A DNA stretch of 64,000 nucleotides from an archaeon. GTDB lineage: Archaea > Aenigmatarchaeota > Aenigmatarchaeia > GW2011-AR5. Location of the stretch: contig JANQNA010000007.1 in NCBI GenBank assembly GCA_028279825.1, forward strand, positions 89,409 through 153,408, given 5' to 3'. How positions within the stretch are numbered: the first letter of the stretch is position 1; each line of letters opens with the position of its first letter. Of the stretch, positions 29,810-39,262 are shown piece after piece. The notes under the pieces were generated by a model. It saw only the letters and a list, made by a program, of their open reading frames with translations, was not told the DNA's origin and ran no database searches. Both the position numbers and the translations under genes were made by a program.

Positions 29810-31041
29810 ACCCTGATCACTTCATTGTTCTTGGGTACAAACGCCTGTATTTTGAACTCATCTTCTATTGATTTGGCGAAGTCTTTGCACTCTTCACCAT
29901 GTACACAGATAACCTGTTCAGGCTTTGTTCTTCTTATTATATCGAAAAGACCGCTCTTGTCCGCATGCGCACTTAACTCCAGGTGATGTATGCTTGACTT
30001 GACTTTGTATCGTTCTTCTTCATTGTCAAATATTTTTGTTTCTGTTAACATTTTCCCGGGGCTGTCCTCGGCCAGATAGCTCGTGAATATGACACTGCAA
30101 TGCTCACAGCTCTTTATCTCGCCGAGATACCTGACGGCCGGACCGCCACCAAGCATTCCGGCAGATGAAAGAATTATAGGGTATTTCTTGACAGCTTCTT
30201 TCCTGTCACGTTCACTATGCAGGAATTTTACTTTTTGCAGGAGTTCCCGGAACTCTTTTGGGCTCCTCAAGTAACTTCCATAATCAGCTATTATTTCTGA
30301 TGCCAGTTTTGACATCCCGTCCAAAGCTATCTTGTCTGCATACTCTTTCAGAATTAATAAAACTTCCTGGGAGCGTCCAACTGCCAGGACAGGTACAAGT
30401 GCAACACCGTTGTTTGATATCGTTTCTTCAACAATATCAACCAGTTTCTTTTCTTCCAACCTTCTGTTCTCCTGTGTTCTTGTGCCGTAAGTACTTTCAA
30501 TTATTAACGTGTCAACTTTCTCAGGCAACTTGCAGCCGTTTAACAGCTTGCTCTGGCGGGTTTGTATGTCTCCTGTGTACAAAACTTTTTTCCCATTATC
30601 TAGAAGTATAGAAGAACTTCCTGGTATGTGACCTGCGTCCCATAAGCTGCAGGAAAACTCGCCTATCTTAAACTGTTCCTTATATCTGACTATTTTTGTG
30701 TTTTTGACCAGTCTCTTTACGTCTTTTTCAGAGAAAGGTACGCCAAAGCCTTCTTTCCTGGCAACCTTCATGGAATCCTTTAACAACATTGTGCCTAATT
30801 CTAGGGTTACATCGTTCATGAAAACCGGTATCTTTTCCCGCTGGGCCAAAAGAGGGGTTGCTCCTATGTGATCTAAATGTGCGTGAGAGACAATTCCCGC
30901 ATCGAATTTTTCCCGAATTGGATAAGTTGGAGGTTCGGGCTGGATCCTAACACCATAGTCCATCACAATTCTTTTCTTGTCTTCAACAAGAATTGCACTT
31001 TTTCCTATTTCGTTCCCACTGCCCAGAATTTTTATTTTCAT
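29806..31041 (-). CDS. beta-CASP / MBL-fold ribonuclease (aCPSF2-like)
   Basis: 411 aa. HAHLDHIG and beta-CASP-type downstream motifs (…ESTYG…, …HGE…). 4-nt overlaps with both neighbours. Confidence 0.85.
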   Translation of the reverse strand: MKIKILGSGNEIGKSAILVEDKKRIVMDYGVRIQPEPPTYPIREKFDAGIVSHAHLDHIGATPLLAQREKIPVFMNDVTLELGTMLLKDSMKVARKEGFGVPFSEKDVKRLVKNTKIVRYKEQFKIGEFSCSLWDAGHIPGSSSILLDNGKKVLYTGDIQTRQSKLLNGCKLPEKVDTLIIESTYGTRTQENRRLEEKKLVDIVEETISNNGVALVPVLAVGRSQEVLLILKEYADKIALDGMSKLASEIIADYGSYLRSPKEFRELLQKVKFLHSERDRKEAVKKYPIILSSAGMLGGGPAVRYLGEIKSCEHCSVIFTSYLAEDSPGKMLTETKIFDNEEERYKVKSSIHHLELSAHADKSGLFDIIRRTKPEQVICVHGEECKDFAKSIEDEFKIQAFVPKNNEVIRV

Positions 31042-31790
31042 ATTTTTCCCCAGATTCTTGAAAGCCTGTCCTTGCTTGCCAACGCGTCAGTTTTATTGAA
31101 CACTTCGAGTGTTATGGTTCCATCATAGATAGACTTTATTGACTTTATGGTTTTCAACCAATTTATATTACCCTTACCTAAACCTGCGTGTAAATCCTCT
31201 TTTCCATTGTTGTCACATATATGCATGTGGACTATCCTTTTTGAGAATTTTTTCATCAGGAGAGTTGGCTGGGCAGGATTTCCTATATGTGCATGAGCTA
31301 CGTCTAAATGGAACAACAATTTTGGAACTTTTTTGAAAACCATTCCAAGTATTTTTGGATTGCTTCCCGTTCCGGGCGTGTTCTCTAACATTACCTTTAT
31401 CCCGTATTTTCTCCCTAGAGGTACAAGTTTCTTTAACGTCCATATGTTTGAGTCAAGTATATGCCTTTCTTTTATGAAAGGTAATGATGTATCAAAATGT
31501 ACATTTACATATTCTGTCCCTATTTTGCTGAAAAGCTTCAGGCATTTTTCAAATTCCCTTATGGCGTGCAGCCTCATTTCCGGAAAAGGAGATCCGATAG
31601 GCAGGTACCACCCTGTATGTCCCATAGTTTTTGCCTCACCTACAAGAGCTTTGAGATTTTTTGCGGCTATGTTATCAGGGTGAGCCCTTGGTGATTCAAG
31701 GGTCAAATCAATAAAATCGAAGTTGTTCTTTATCCACTTTACTTCGGAAAACAGATCTTTGTGGGGATTGTTCATGTATCCGATTATCAT
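31038..31790 (-). CDS. xylose-isomerase-like TIM barrel protein (AP endonuclease family 2 / sugar phosphate isomerase)
   Basis: 250 aa. Metal-ligand pattern VNVHFD, MLENTPG, HLDVAHAH and HMHICDNNGKEDLHAGLGKGNI. Confidence 0.7.
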   Translation of the reverse strand: MIIGYMNNPHKDLFSEVKWIKNNFDFIDLTLESPRAHPDNIAAKNLKALVGEAKTMGHTGWYLPIGSPFPEMRLHAIREFEKCLKLFSKIGTEYVNVHFDTSLPFIKERHILDSNIWTLKKLVPLGRKYGIKVMLENTPGTGSNPKILGMVFKKVPKLLFHLDVAHAHIGNPAQPTLLMKKFSKRIVHMHICDNNGKEDLHAGLGKGNINWLKTIKSIKSIYDGTITLEVFNKTDALASKDRLSRIWGKI

Positions 31791-31842
31791 AACTGACTTA
31801 TTGAGCTACTGATTTAAAAAGGCAGGGAGAAATAGTTAACTA

Positions 31843-32916
31843 ATGGACGTGGATATACGGTTGGATCTTATAACATCCGTTGGCGAGGAGATTGTAACCA
31901 GAGAAGATCTTAAATCTCTGTTGGAAACCAAAACAAAACCTGTTGCTTATGACGGGTTTGAGCCAAGCGGTCAACTTCATATAGCACAGGGTATAATGAG
32001 GGCAATCAACACAAACAAAATGCTAAAGGCCGGTGTTCATTTCAAGTTCTGGGTTGCTGACTGGTTTGCTTGGATGAACAACAAGATGAGCGGAGACCTG
32101 GAAAAGATAAAAAAAGTCGGTCAATATCAGGTGGAAGTCTGGAAGGCCTGCGGTATGAAAGTAAAGGATGTTGATTTTTTATGGGCCAGCGACGCGATGG
32201 ATGACAAGGAGTACTGGAAGAGGACGGTAAATATAGCGCGTAATAATACCGTCCAGAGAATTCTTCGCTGCTCACAGATAATGGGAAGAAGCGAGAAGGA
32301 GGCTATAAGCGCAGCACAGATATTTTATCCTTGTATGCAGGCCTCGGATATCTTTCATCTAAAAGCGGACATAACAAATCTTGGAATGGATCAGAGAAAG
32401 GTTAATGTACTTGCCAGGGAGATAGGACCCAAACTCGGTTACTGGAAGCCGGTTGTTGTCAGCTATCATATGCTTATGGGTCTGAAGAAACCTCCTGAAG
32501 GCGTGACAGATCCTGTGGAAAGGGCAATAGCGATGAAGATGAGCAAGAGTCTTCCGGAGACTGCTATCTTTATGATGGACAGTCCTGAGGACGTTAAAAG
32601 GAAGATCTCCAAGGCATACTGTCCGGAAAAGCATGTTGAAGAGAATCCTCTGATGGAATACATGAAATACATAATATTTGAAAGCTTTGACGAAGTGGAA
32701 ATAACCAGGCCGGAAAAGTTCGGCGGAACTGTTTCATATACTAGTTTTGATGAACTTGCAGAGGACTTCAGAGAAGGAAGATTACATCCAATGGATCTGA
32801 AAACTGCTACAGCTGAACATGTAAACAAACTTCTGGAGCCGGTGAGAAAACATTTCTCGAAAGGCAAAGCAAAAGAACTATCTGATTTTGTCAAGAAACA
32901 GGGCACAACTAGGTAA
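31843..32916 (+). CDS. tyrS: tyrosyl-tRNA synthetase (archaeal/eukaryal type)
   Basis: 357 aa. YDGFEPSGQLHIAQG (HIGH-like) and KMSKS. Confidence 0.9.
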   Translation: MDVDIRLDLITSVGEEIVTREDLKSLLETKTKPVAYDGFEPSGQLHIAQGIMRAINTNKMLKAGVHFKFWVADWFAWMNNKMSGDLEKIKKVGQYQVEVWKACGMKVKDVDFLWASDAMDDKEYWKRTVNIARNNTVQRILRCSQIMGRSEKEAISAAQIFYPCMQASDIFHLKADITNLGMDQRKVNVLAREIGPKLGYWKPVVVSYHMLMGLKKPPEGVTDPVERAIAMKMSKSLPETAIFMMDSPEDVKRKISKAYCPEKHVEENPLMEYMKYIIFESFDEVEITRPEKFGGTVSYTSFDELAEDFREGRLHPMDLKTATAEHVNKLLEPVRKHFSKGKAKELSDFVKKQGTTR

Positions 32917-33214
32917 ATTTGTGAATGAAAGAAGAATCAATTTTACCATTAATTATTTTTATACCATCCTTACAAAGCAATGTGGTTTTCTTTGCGATCT
33001 TTTTACCTTTTATACAACCATCGTAACCGCCTATTGTCCCGTCACTTCTGATGACTTTGTAGCATGGATATAGTTCTGGATGTGGATTGTGTCGCATGAC
33101 ACGGCCAATAGCTCTTGGACTAGACTTTGTAGCTCTGGCCAATTCTTTGTACGTGGTTACCTTTCCTTTTGGTATCTTTGCCAACAAAATTAGCGCTTTG
33201 TGCATGCACATCAC
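32909..33214 (-). CDS. MGMT-family protein (O6-alkylguanine transferase DNA-binding domain only)
   Basis: 101 aa. …TTYKELARATKSSPRAIGRVMRHNP…YPCYKVIRSDGTIGGY. The active-site region reads PCYK instead of PCHR. Confidence 0.65.
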   Translation of the reverse strand: MMCMHKALILLAKIPKGKVTTYKELARATKSSPRAIGRVMRHNPHPELYPCYKVIRSDGTIGGYDGCIKGKKIAKKTTLLCKDGIKIINGKIDSSFIHKFT

Positions 33215-33730
33215 CTATAACTCTTGATAGTTTAATCTATTTAGGTCTTCTTCTATGTCTCTGTAAGACTTCCCGCACAACATGCCGCCTGCCAAGAATT
33301 TCTCCTGTGTTACTTCTATATGACAGAATTCTGGTGGTACAAAATTATCTTTTTCTTCTTCCGAGGAAAATTCTATATCGGCAAGTACAAGGCCTTTGAG
33401 TCCGCCCTTGAACACGTCTATTTCTATAATCTTGTTATTGTACCTGTAATAGTACCGTACCTTTTCCGTGACTTTTCCATCCAAATTTTTCAAAGAATTA
33501 AATTCACCTTCATCAAGCTCTATCGTCTGCTCCATTTGTATGGATGCGTCACCTTCTTTAACAGGTGACTTTTTTGTTATTTCAAAAACATCCCCTTGTT
33601 TTCTTATTCTGAGTATTGGATGATCCCTGGATTTTGGTAAGTATATGTCTATTAGCTCTCTGGATTCACATTTTTCCAAGTCTTCAGGCAACTTCTTTAC
33701 TAAAAACGTTCTTTCCAGTTCTGTCGGCAT
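33215..33730 (-). CDS. CYTH-domain protein (triphosphate tunnel metalloenzyme)
   Basis: 171 aa. N-terminal ELERTFLV matches the ExExK-type CYTH signature. Confidence 0.7.
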   Translation of the reverse strand: MPTELERTFLVKKLPEDLEKCESRELIDIYLPKSRDHPILRIRKQGDVFEITKKSPVKEGDASIQMEQTIELDEGEFNSLKNLDGKVTEKVRYYYRYNNKIIEIDVFKGGLKGLVLADIEFSSEEEKDNFVPPEFCHIEVTQEKFLAGGMLCGKSYRDIEEDLNRLNYQEL

Positions 33731-33780
33731 CTTCTTCTAGTCTTCTATAAACTTTTAAAGAAAACAGGGAAATTGATACT

Positions 33781-35058
33781 ATGCTTGATATAAAATTGAT
33801 AAGAGAGAAACCGGAGCTTGTTCTGGATAATATCGCTAAAAGGAACGAGCCTGACAAAGTCCAGATGGTACATGATTTGATTGAACTGGATAAGGAGAAA
33901 AGAGAAGTAATACAGGAGACTGAACAGCTGAAGAAGAAGAGAAATACACTCACAAAGAAGATTTCTGAGCTGAAGAAAGATGGAAAAGATGCAAGTTCAA
34001 CGATGAGGGAAGTGAAGGAACTGCCCCAAAAGATAAAAGAAATGGATGATAATTTGGAGGCTCTGGAACATAAATGCAAGAACCTTCTTTATAGAATTCC
34101 TAATTTGCTTCATGATTCTGTGCCTGCTGGAAAGGATGATTCTGAGAACAAGGAAGTCAAAAAATGGGGAGAGAAAAACTTCACGTTTGAACCGAAAGAT
34201 CACCTGACTGTGGCCGAAGGTCTTGAAGTTATAGATATGGAACGCGCTGCTAAGGTGGCCGGTCACGGGTTTTACTATCTGAAAGGAAAACTGGCTATAC
34301 TGGAACAGGCAATAATCAAATTTGCACTGGATGCTTTAGTGAAGAAGGGCTTCACAGTTATTTATCCGCCGCTGATGCTTCGTAGGGAGGCTTATGAAGG
34401 CGTTGTTGATCTGAAGGATTTTGAAGACGTGATGTATAAGAATGAGGATGAAGAGCTGTACTTCATAGCAACAAGCGAGCATCCTATGGCTGCTATGTAT
34501 ATGAATGAGACTCTGCTAAAGGATCGTTTGCCGATAAAATTTGCAGGCATAAGCCCTTGTTTTCGTAAAGAGGTAGGTGCGCACGGTAAGTATACAAAAG
34601 GACTGTTCAGAGTCCACCACTTTAACAAGATAGAACAGTTTGTTTTCAGCGACCCTAAAGACAGCTGGAAGATACATGAGGAGCTGCAGCGTAACAGTGA
34701 GGAACTATACGAAGCATTGGGCATACCGTACAGAGTTGTTAATGTTTGTACCGGTGACATTGGTTTAATAGCAGCAAAGAAGTATGATACGGAATTTCTT
34801 ATGGCCGACGGTAACTACAGGGAGATTGGCTCAAATTCCAACTGTACAGACTATCAGGCAAGAAGACTGAATGTAAAGTACAGGGAAAAGGAAGGACAAT
34901 CTCCAGCAGGGTTTGTGCACACGCTGAATAATACTGCTTTACCAACGAGCCGTGCAATGGTGGCTATACTTGAGAACTACCAGCAGGAGGATGGTACAGT
35001 AAAGGTACCTAAAGTGCTTGTGCCTTATACGGGTTTTGAGATAATTGAGAGTGGATAA
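33781..35058 (+). CDS. serS: seryl-tRNA synthetase
   Basis: 425 aa. N-terminal coiled-coil arm and class II motifs (…FRKEVGAHG…, …GDIGLIAAKKYD…). Confidence 0.95.
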   Translation: MLDIKLIREKPELVLDNIAKRNEPDKVQMVHDLIELDKEKREVIQETEQLKKKRNTLTKKISELKKDGKDASSTMREVKELPQKIKEMDDNLEALEHKCKNLLYRIPNLLHDSVPAGKDDSENKEVKKWGEKNFTFEPKDHLTVAEGLEVIDMERAAKVAGHGFYYLKGKLAILEQAIIKFALDALVKKGFTVIYPPLMLRREAYEGVVDLKDFEDVMYKNEDEELYFIATSEHPMAAMYMNETLLKDRLPIKFAGISPCFRKEVGAHGKYTKGLFRVHHFNKIEQFVFSDPKDSWKIHEELQRNSEELYEALGIPYRVVNVCTGDIGLIAAKKYDTEFLMADGNYREIGSNSNCTDYQARRLNVKYREKEGQSPAGFVHTLNNTALPTSRAMVAILENYQQEDGTVKVPKVLVPYTGFEIIESG

Positions 35059-35119
35059 TCCTTTATAAACCTTTGTGCTATATTATATCAGAAATAGAGA
35101 AACGTTTTTTGGTGTGGTA

Positions 35120-37294
35120 ATGAGTTATACGCTAATTGTTACGGAGAAACCGACGGCTGCGAAGGCTGTGGCAGAGGCTTTGGCTGACAGTAAACCTACC
35201 AAGGTAGGTGAAAAGGCTGCCTGGTATGAATTTACCAAAGATAACAAGAAATTTATCACGGTTCCTGCTGTTGGCCATTTGTTTACGCTGAAACAGGCTG
35301 ACAAGGGCTGGTTCTATCCCGTTTTCAACGTTGAATGGGTTCCTTCTTTCAAGGCAAACAAGTTTGCCGCTTTTTCCGAACAGTATTACAGAAATATAGA
35401 AGAACTGGCTAAAGATGCCAAAGAAGTCATAATAGCAACTGACTATGACGATGAGGGAGAGGTCATAGGTTTTAATATCCTGAAATTCCTCCTTGGCAGA
35501 AAGGACGCGTCAAGAATGAAGTTCTCTACCATGACCAAGGAAGAGTTACATGACAGTTATGCTCATATGGCAAAGCTCAACAAAAATTTGATTGAATCGG
35601 GTCTTGCAAGACATTATCTGGATTTCTACTGGGGCATTTCGCTAACAAGGGCGTTGACTCTGGCGGTTAAAGCCTCAGCCAAGAGATTCAGGATTCTTTC
35701 CACAGGTAGAGTTCAGGGGCCGGTTCTGCACATGCTGGCCAAACATGAGAAGAAAATCAAGGCGTTCAAGCCTGACCCGTTCTGGGAACTGCAGTTACAT
35801 GTCCAGGTTGGAAAGAAAACGCTTATAGCGGAACACGGGAAAAAGCTCTGGAAGAAGAAGGAAGCGGAGACGGCGCATAAGAAATCAAAAGTAAAGAATG
35901 CTGCTGTTAAAAAGATAGACAAAAAAGTCATGACGCAGGCCCCGCCGAGACCGTACAATACGACATCCATGCTGGCTGATATTTACAGATACTTTGGTTA
36001 TTCTCCGAACCAGGGTCTTAGTATTGCGGAAGCATTGTATCAGGCGGGTTTGATTTCTTATCCAAGAACAAGTTCAGAGAAACTTCCAAAGGACATCAAC
36101 TTCAAGAAAATCATAACAAATCTTGGAAAACAGAAGAACTATGAGAAGGAATCGAAAGAACTGCTTGTCGGGGATCTAAAGCCGAATGAGGGAAGCAAAA
36201 CGGATGCTGCACACCCGTCTGTATATCCGACAGGTGTTTTCAAGAGAATGGGTGAAAAGCAGCAGAAAGTTTACGATTTAATCACACGAAGATTTCTGGC
36301 CGTGTTCGGTAAACCAGCCAAAAGAGAATCGCATAAGGTTACACTGGATGCAGGCGGTGTTGCTTTTACGTTAACAGGCAAGAAGACGGTGGAGCCTGGA
36401 TGGACTTCGCTTTACGGAAAATATGCCAAACGTGAGGAAGTTATCCTGCCAAACCTAAAACTGAAAGATACCCTGCCTGTGAAGAAGAATGATATGCTTT
36501 CTAAAGAGACGCAGCCTCCGGCCAGATTTTCACAAGGGTCTGTGCTAAAGGAAATGGAATCAAGGGGACTTGGTACAAAAGCAACAAGAGCACAAATATT
36601 GCAGATACTATACAGCCGTGGATATCTTATAGGAAAGAGTATCGAGGTAACTGAGCTAGGCAGCCAGCTTTCGGGTATACTTGAGAAAAACGTGCCGGAT
36701 GTTATATCCGAAAAGCTTACCAGACACTTTGAGGAAATGACAGATTCTATTCAGACCGGCAAAGCAAAAAGAGAAGATGTAATAAATGAAGTCAAGACAA
36801 AACTGGAGAAGATATGTAATGATTTTCGTAAAAAAGAAAAGAAAGTCGGGGATGAGTTAACAGAGGCGGTTATTGCCACACAGGACAAACAAAGTAAACT
36901 TGGTGAATGTTTGAAGTGTAAAGGTATGCTTAAGGTGCATAAGAACTGGCGGACCGGCAAAAGGTTTGTCGGCTGTTCCGGCTATCCAAAGGGTTGTCGT
37001 GTAGGATTTCCGCTGCCAAGGGAAGGTGTCATAATTTCTACAGACAAAAGATGTGACAAATGTAAACAGCCAATAATACAGGTCCAGAAAGCCGGCGCAA
37101 GACCGTTCAGGATGTGTCTGGATCCTACCTGTGAAACTAAAAAGGACTGGCTGGACAAGGCAAAGCTGAAGAAGGTCCAGGCAGAGAGTAGAAAGTCCAG
37201 TAAAGAAGCTGAGAAGTTAAGATGTAAGGAATGTAAGAAGCAATTCAAGACGGCAAGGTCACTGACGATACATGAAAAGACGCACAAGAAATAG
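35120..37294 (+). CDS. topA: type IA DNA topoisomerase with C-terminal zinc ribbons and a terminal C2H2 finger
   Basis: Toprim start MSYTLIVTEKP, DYDDEGE, active-site SYPRTSS. Two C4 ribbons (CLKCKG…CSGYPKGC; CDKCKQ…CLDPTC) and a terminal CKECKKQFKTARSLTIHEKTH. ATG 35120 is preferred over the track start at 35075. Confidence 0.9.
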   Translation: MSYTLIVTEKPTAAKAVAEALADSKPTKVGEKAAWYEFTKDNKKFITVPAVGHLFTLKQADKGWFYPVFNVEWVPSFKANKFAAFSEQYYRNIEELAKDAKEVIIATDYDDEGEVIGFNILKFLLGRKDASRMKFSTMTKEELHDSYAHMAKLNKNLIESGLARHYLDFYWGISLTRALTLAVKASAKRFRILSTGRVQGPVLHMLAKHEKKIKAFKPDPFWELQLHVQVGKKTLIAEHGKKLWKKKEAETAHKKSKVKNAAVKKIDKKVMTQAPPRPYNTTSMLADIYRYFGYSPNQGLSIAEALYQAGLISYPRTSSEKLPKDINFKKIITNLGKQKNYEKESKELLVGDLKPNEGSKTDAAHPSVYPTGVFKRMGEKQQKVYDLITRRFLAVFGKPAKRESHKVTLDAGGVAFTLTGKKTVEPGWTSLYGKYAKREEVILPNLKLKDTLPVKKNDMLSKETQPPARFSQGSVLKEMESRGLGTKATRAQILQILYSRGYLIGKSIEVTELGSQLSGILEKNVPDVISEKLTRHFEEMTDSIQTGKAKREDVINEVKTKLEKICNDFRKKEKKVGDELTEAVIATQDKQSKLGECLKCKGMLKVHKNWRTGKRFVGCSGYPKGCRVGFPLPREGVIISTDKRCDKCKQPIIQVQKAGARPFRMCLDPTCETKKDWLDKAKLKKVQAESRKSSKEAEKLRCKECKKQFKTARSLTIHEKTHKK

Positions 37295-37368
37295 TCTTTT
37301 TATTCTTTCATGTTCATAATGGTAGAGGGTTTACTTCTCTTCTCTCCTTAAAAAAATGGAGGGATTTC

Positions 37369-38352
37369 ATGAAAATGAACTTACTAAAGCAAACACATGA
37401 CAGACCATCTGTCCTAAATACAGAAGAACTGGCCGCAATAACAAAAATAGAATCGGAACTCCTCAGATCAGCGAGAAAATATTTTGAGGAGAACGGGTTC
37501 AAGGAAGTGGTTGTGCCGCATATAACAAGAGTAACGGGAGCCTGCGAAAACATAGATACACTGTTTGAACTGAACTATTTCGGTGAACAGGGATATCTGG
37601 TGCAAACAGGACAGCTATATCTGGAGGCATTGATTCCTAAATTGGGAAGTGTATTCTGCATAGGACCGAGTTTCAGGGCTGAACCTGATATAGATGAGAG
37701 ACACCTTACAGAGTTCACTCTGGTGGAAATAGAATTTCCCGGAGACTTTCGGGAACTGCTGGTGCACATAGAAAATATAATCTACGAAATGATACAGGGT
37801 GCGCTAAAATGCAGGAAAGAGCTGGAACTTTTGGGTGTAGATCCGGCAAGACTGGAAAAAATAACGAAACCTTTCCAACGAGTGACATACACAGAAGCCA
37901 TAAACATGCTGCAGAAAAAGGGACTGGACGTAAAATGGGGGGACGACCTGAAGAGCAAACATGAGAAACTTTTGGCTATAAACCCAACTTTCATAACACA
38001 CTATCCTGAAGCCATAAAGTTCTTCAACATGCGACGTAACGAAAATCCGGAAGTGGTGAACAGTTCTGACCTTGTACTTCCTTTTAGTGGGGAAGCAGTT
38101 GGAGCCGCTGAAAGAGAATTCGACCATGAACTTCTCGTAGAGAAGCTAGAAAAGTCGCCGATGTATGAACAACTCCTAAAACGAGGCAAGACTATAGAAG
38201 ATTTCAGATGGTATCTCGATATAGTCAAAAACCATTCTGTCCAGCACTCGGGCTGTGGCATAGGACTGAACAGAGTGATGCAATTCATCTTAGGAACAGA
38301 TGATATAAGGGCATCAACGGCATTTCCAATGAACAAAGAGTCGCTAATGTAG
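37369..38352 (+). CDS. class II aaRS catalytic-core paralog (AsnRS/AspRS-like, archaeal AsnA-type asparagine synthetase candidate)
   Basis: 327 aa. Motif 2 GPSFRAEP…ERHLTEF and motif 3 GCGIGLNRVMQF. No N-terminal OB-fold anticodon-binding domain. Confidence 0.75.
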   Translation: MKMNLLKQTHDRPSVLNTEELAAITKIESELLRSARKYFEENGFKEVVVPHITRVTGACENIDTLFELNYFGEQGYLVQTGQLYLEALIPKLGSVFCIGPSFRAEPDIDERHLTEFTLVEIEFPGDFRELLVHIENIIYEMIQGALKCRKELELLGVDPARLEKITKPFQRVTYTEAINMLQKKGLDVKWGDDLKSKHEKLLAINPTFITHYPEAIKFFNMRRNENPEVVNSSDLVLPFSGEAVGAAEREFDHELLVEKLEKSPMYEQLLKRGKTIEDFRWYLDIVKNHSVQHSGCGIGLNRVMQFILGTDDIRASTAFPMNKESLM

Positions 38353-38367
38353 CGGCCTTTTTTCTTT

Positions 38368-38943
38368 TTATAATTCCGCGCCTGACATTTCAATTAATTT
38401 GAATTTGCCATCGTATTCTATTTCGAAGAACGCGCAGTCGTCTATATTTTTGAATTCGCCTTTTTTCAATACTTCCCGAAAGAAGCAGCTTATTGGTCCT
38501 CCATGAGTTACAACTGCCACAAACCTCAAATCAGAAGCAGCTATATTGCTGAAGGCTTCTATTACTCTTTTTTTGAAAGACCCATAGTCTTCAGCGCCTT
38601 CTATTGTATTTTTGTAGGACTTTAGTTTTTTGATTTCGTCCGGATACTTTTTCTTTGCTGTGGACTTTTTCATACCTGTTAGTATTCCATAGAAGTTTCT
38701 TTCTCTCAGGTCGTTAACAACTTCTAATTCACGGTCCAGATCTTTAGAAAGTATTTCTGCCGTTTCCTTTGCCCGAAGACGGGGGCTGGAAAATATCTTT
38801 TGTATTCCTTTCCTGGAGAGTCTTATAACGAGTTTCTTTGTCTGTCTTCTGCCCCTGTCCGTTAGATGATCATCATAGTCTCCGCCGTACCTGCGTTCAA
38901 TGTCACCCGTACTTTCACCGTGACGAACAAGAAATATCTTCAT
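38368..38943 (-). CDS. histidine phosphatase family protein (phosphoglycerate mutase-like)
   Basis: 191 aa. N-terminal LVRHGES (RHG motif) and downstream THGG. Confidence 0.8.
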   Translation of the reverse strand: MKIFLVRHGESTGDIERRYGGDYDDHLTDRGRRQTKKLVIRLSRKGIQKIFSSPRLRAKETAEILSKDLDRELEVVNDLRERNFYGILTGMKKSTAKKKYPDEIKKLKSYKNTIEGAEDYGSFKKRVIEAFSNIAASDLRFVAVVTHGGPISCFFREVLKKGEFKNIDDCAFFEIEYDGKFKLIEMSGAEL

Positions 38944-38967
38944 TTTAAGAATTTATTTTCCTGGAAT

Positions 38968-39240
38968 TTAAAGCAAACTTGTCGCGCCTTTGAAGAGAAG
39001 TATGATTACAACGAACCATTCCACGAAAACAGGCAGATCAAAGATGAACAAAATAACAACGGCAGATATCAAATCTACAGCTCCATAGAGCTTTCCTACG
39101 ACATCAGCACCTATACTGATCACACCTTTTACAAAGTGGATCAAAAACAGAGGTACTGTCAGGAATAGAAGATTTACATTCATGTATATGGCAATGGCTG
39201 TTATGATATCAATAACACCTAAAACTTTCAGCATCAACAT
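38968..39240 (-). CDS. small membrane protein
   Basis: 90 aa with 3 hydrophobic helices. No known motif. Confidence 0.45.
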   Translation of the reverse strand: MLMLKVLGVIDIITAIAIYMNVNLLFLTVPLFLIHFVKGVISIGADVVGKLYGAVDLISAVVILFIFDLPVFVEWFVVIILLFKGATSLL

Positions 39241-39262
39241 AGCTATCAGCTGTCACAAACAC

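Noticed and set aside
35075-35119. Track start of topA at 35075
   Set aside because: The extra 15 residues (MLYYIRNRETFFGVV) precede the conserved Toprim start MSYTLIVTEKP and would overlap the promoter-like CTTTATAAAC region. ATG 35120 is preferred.
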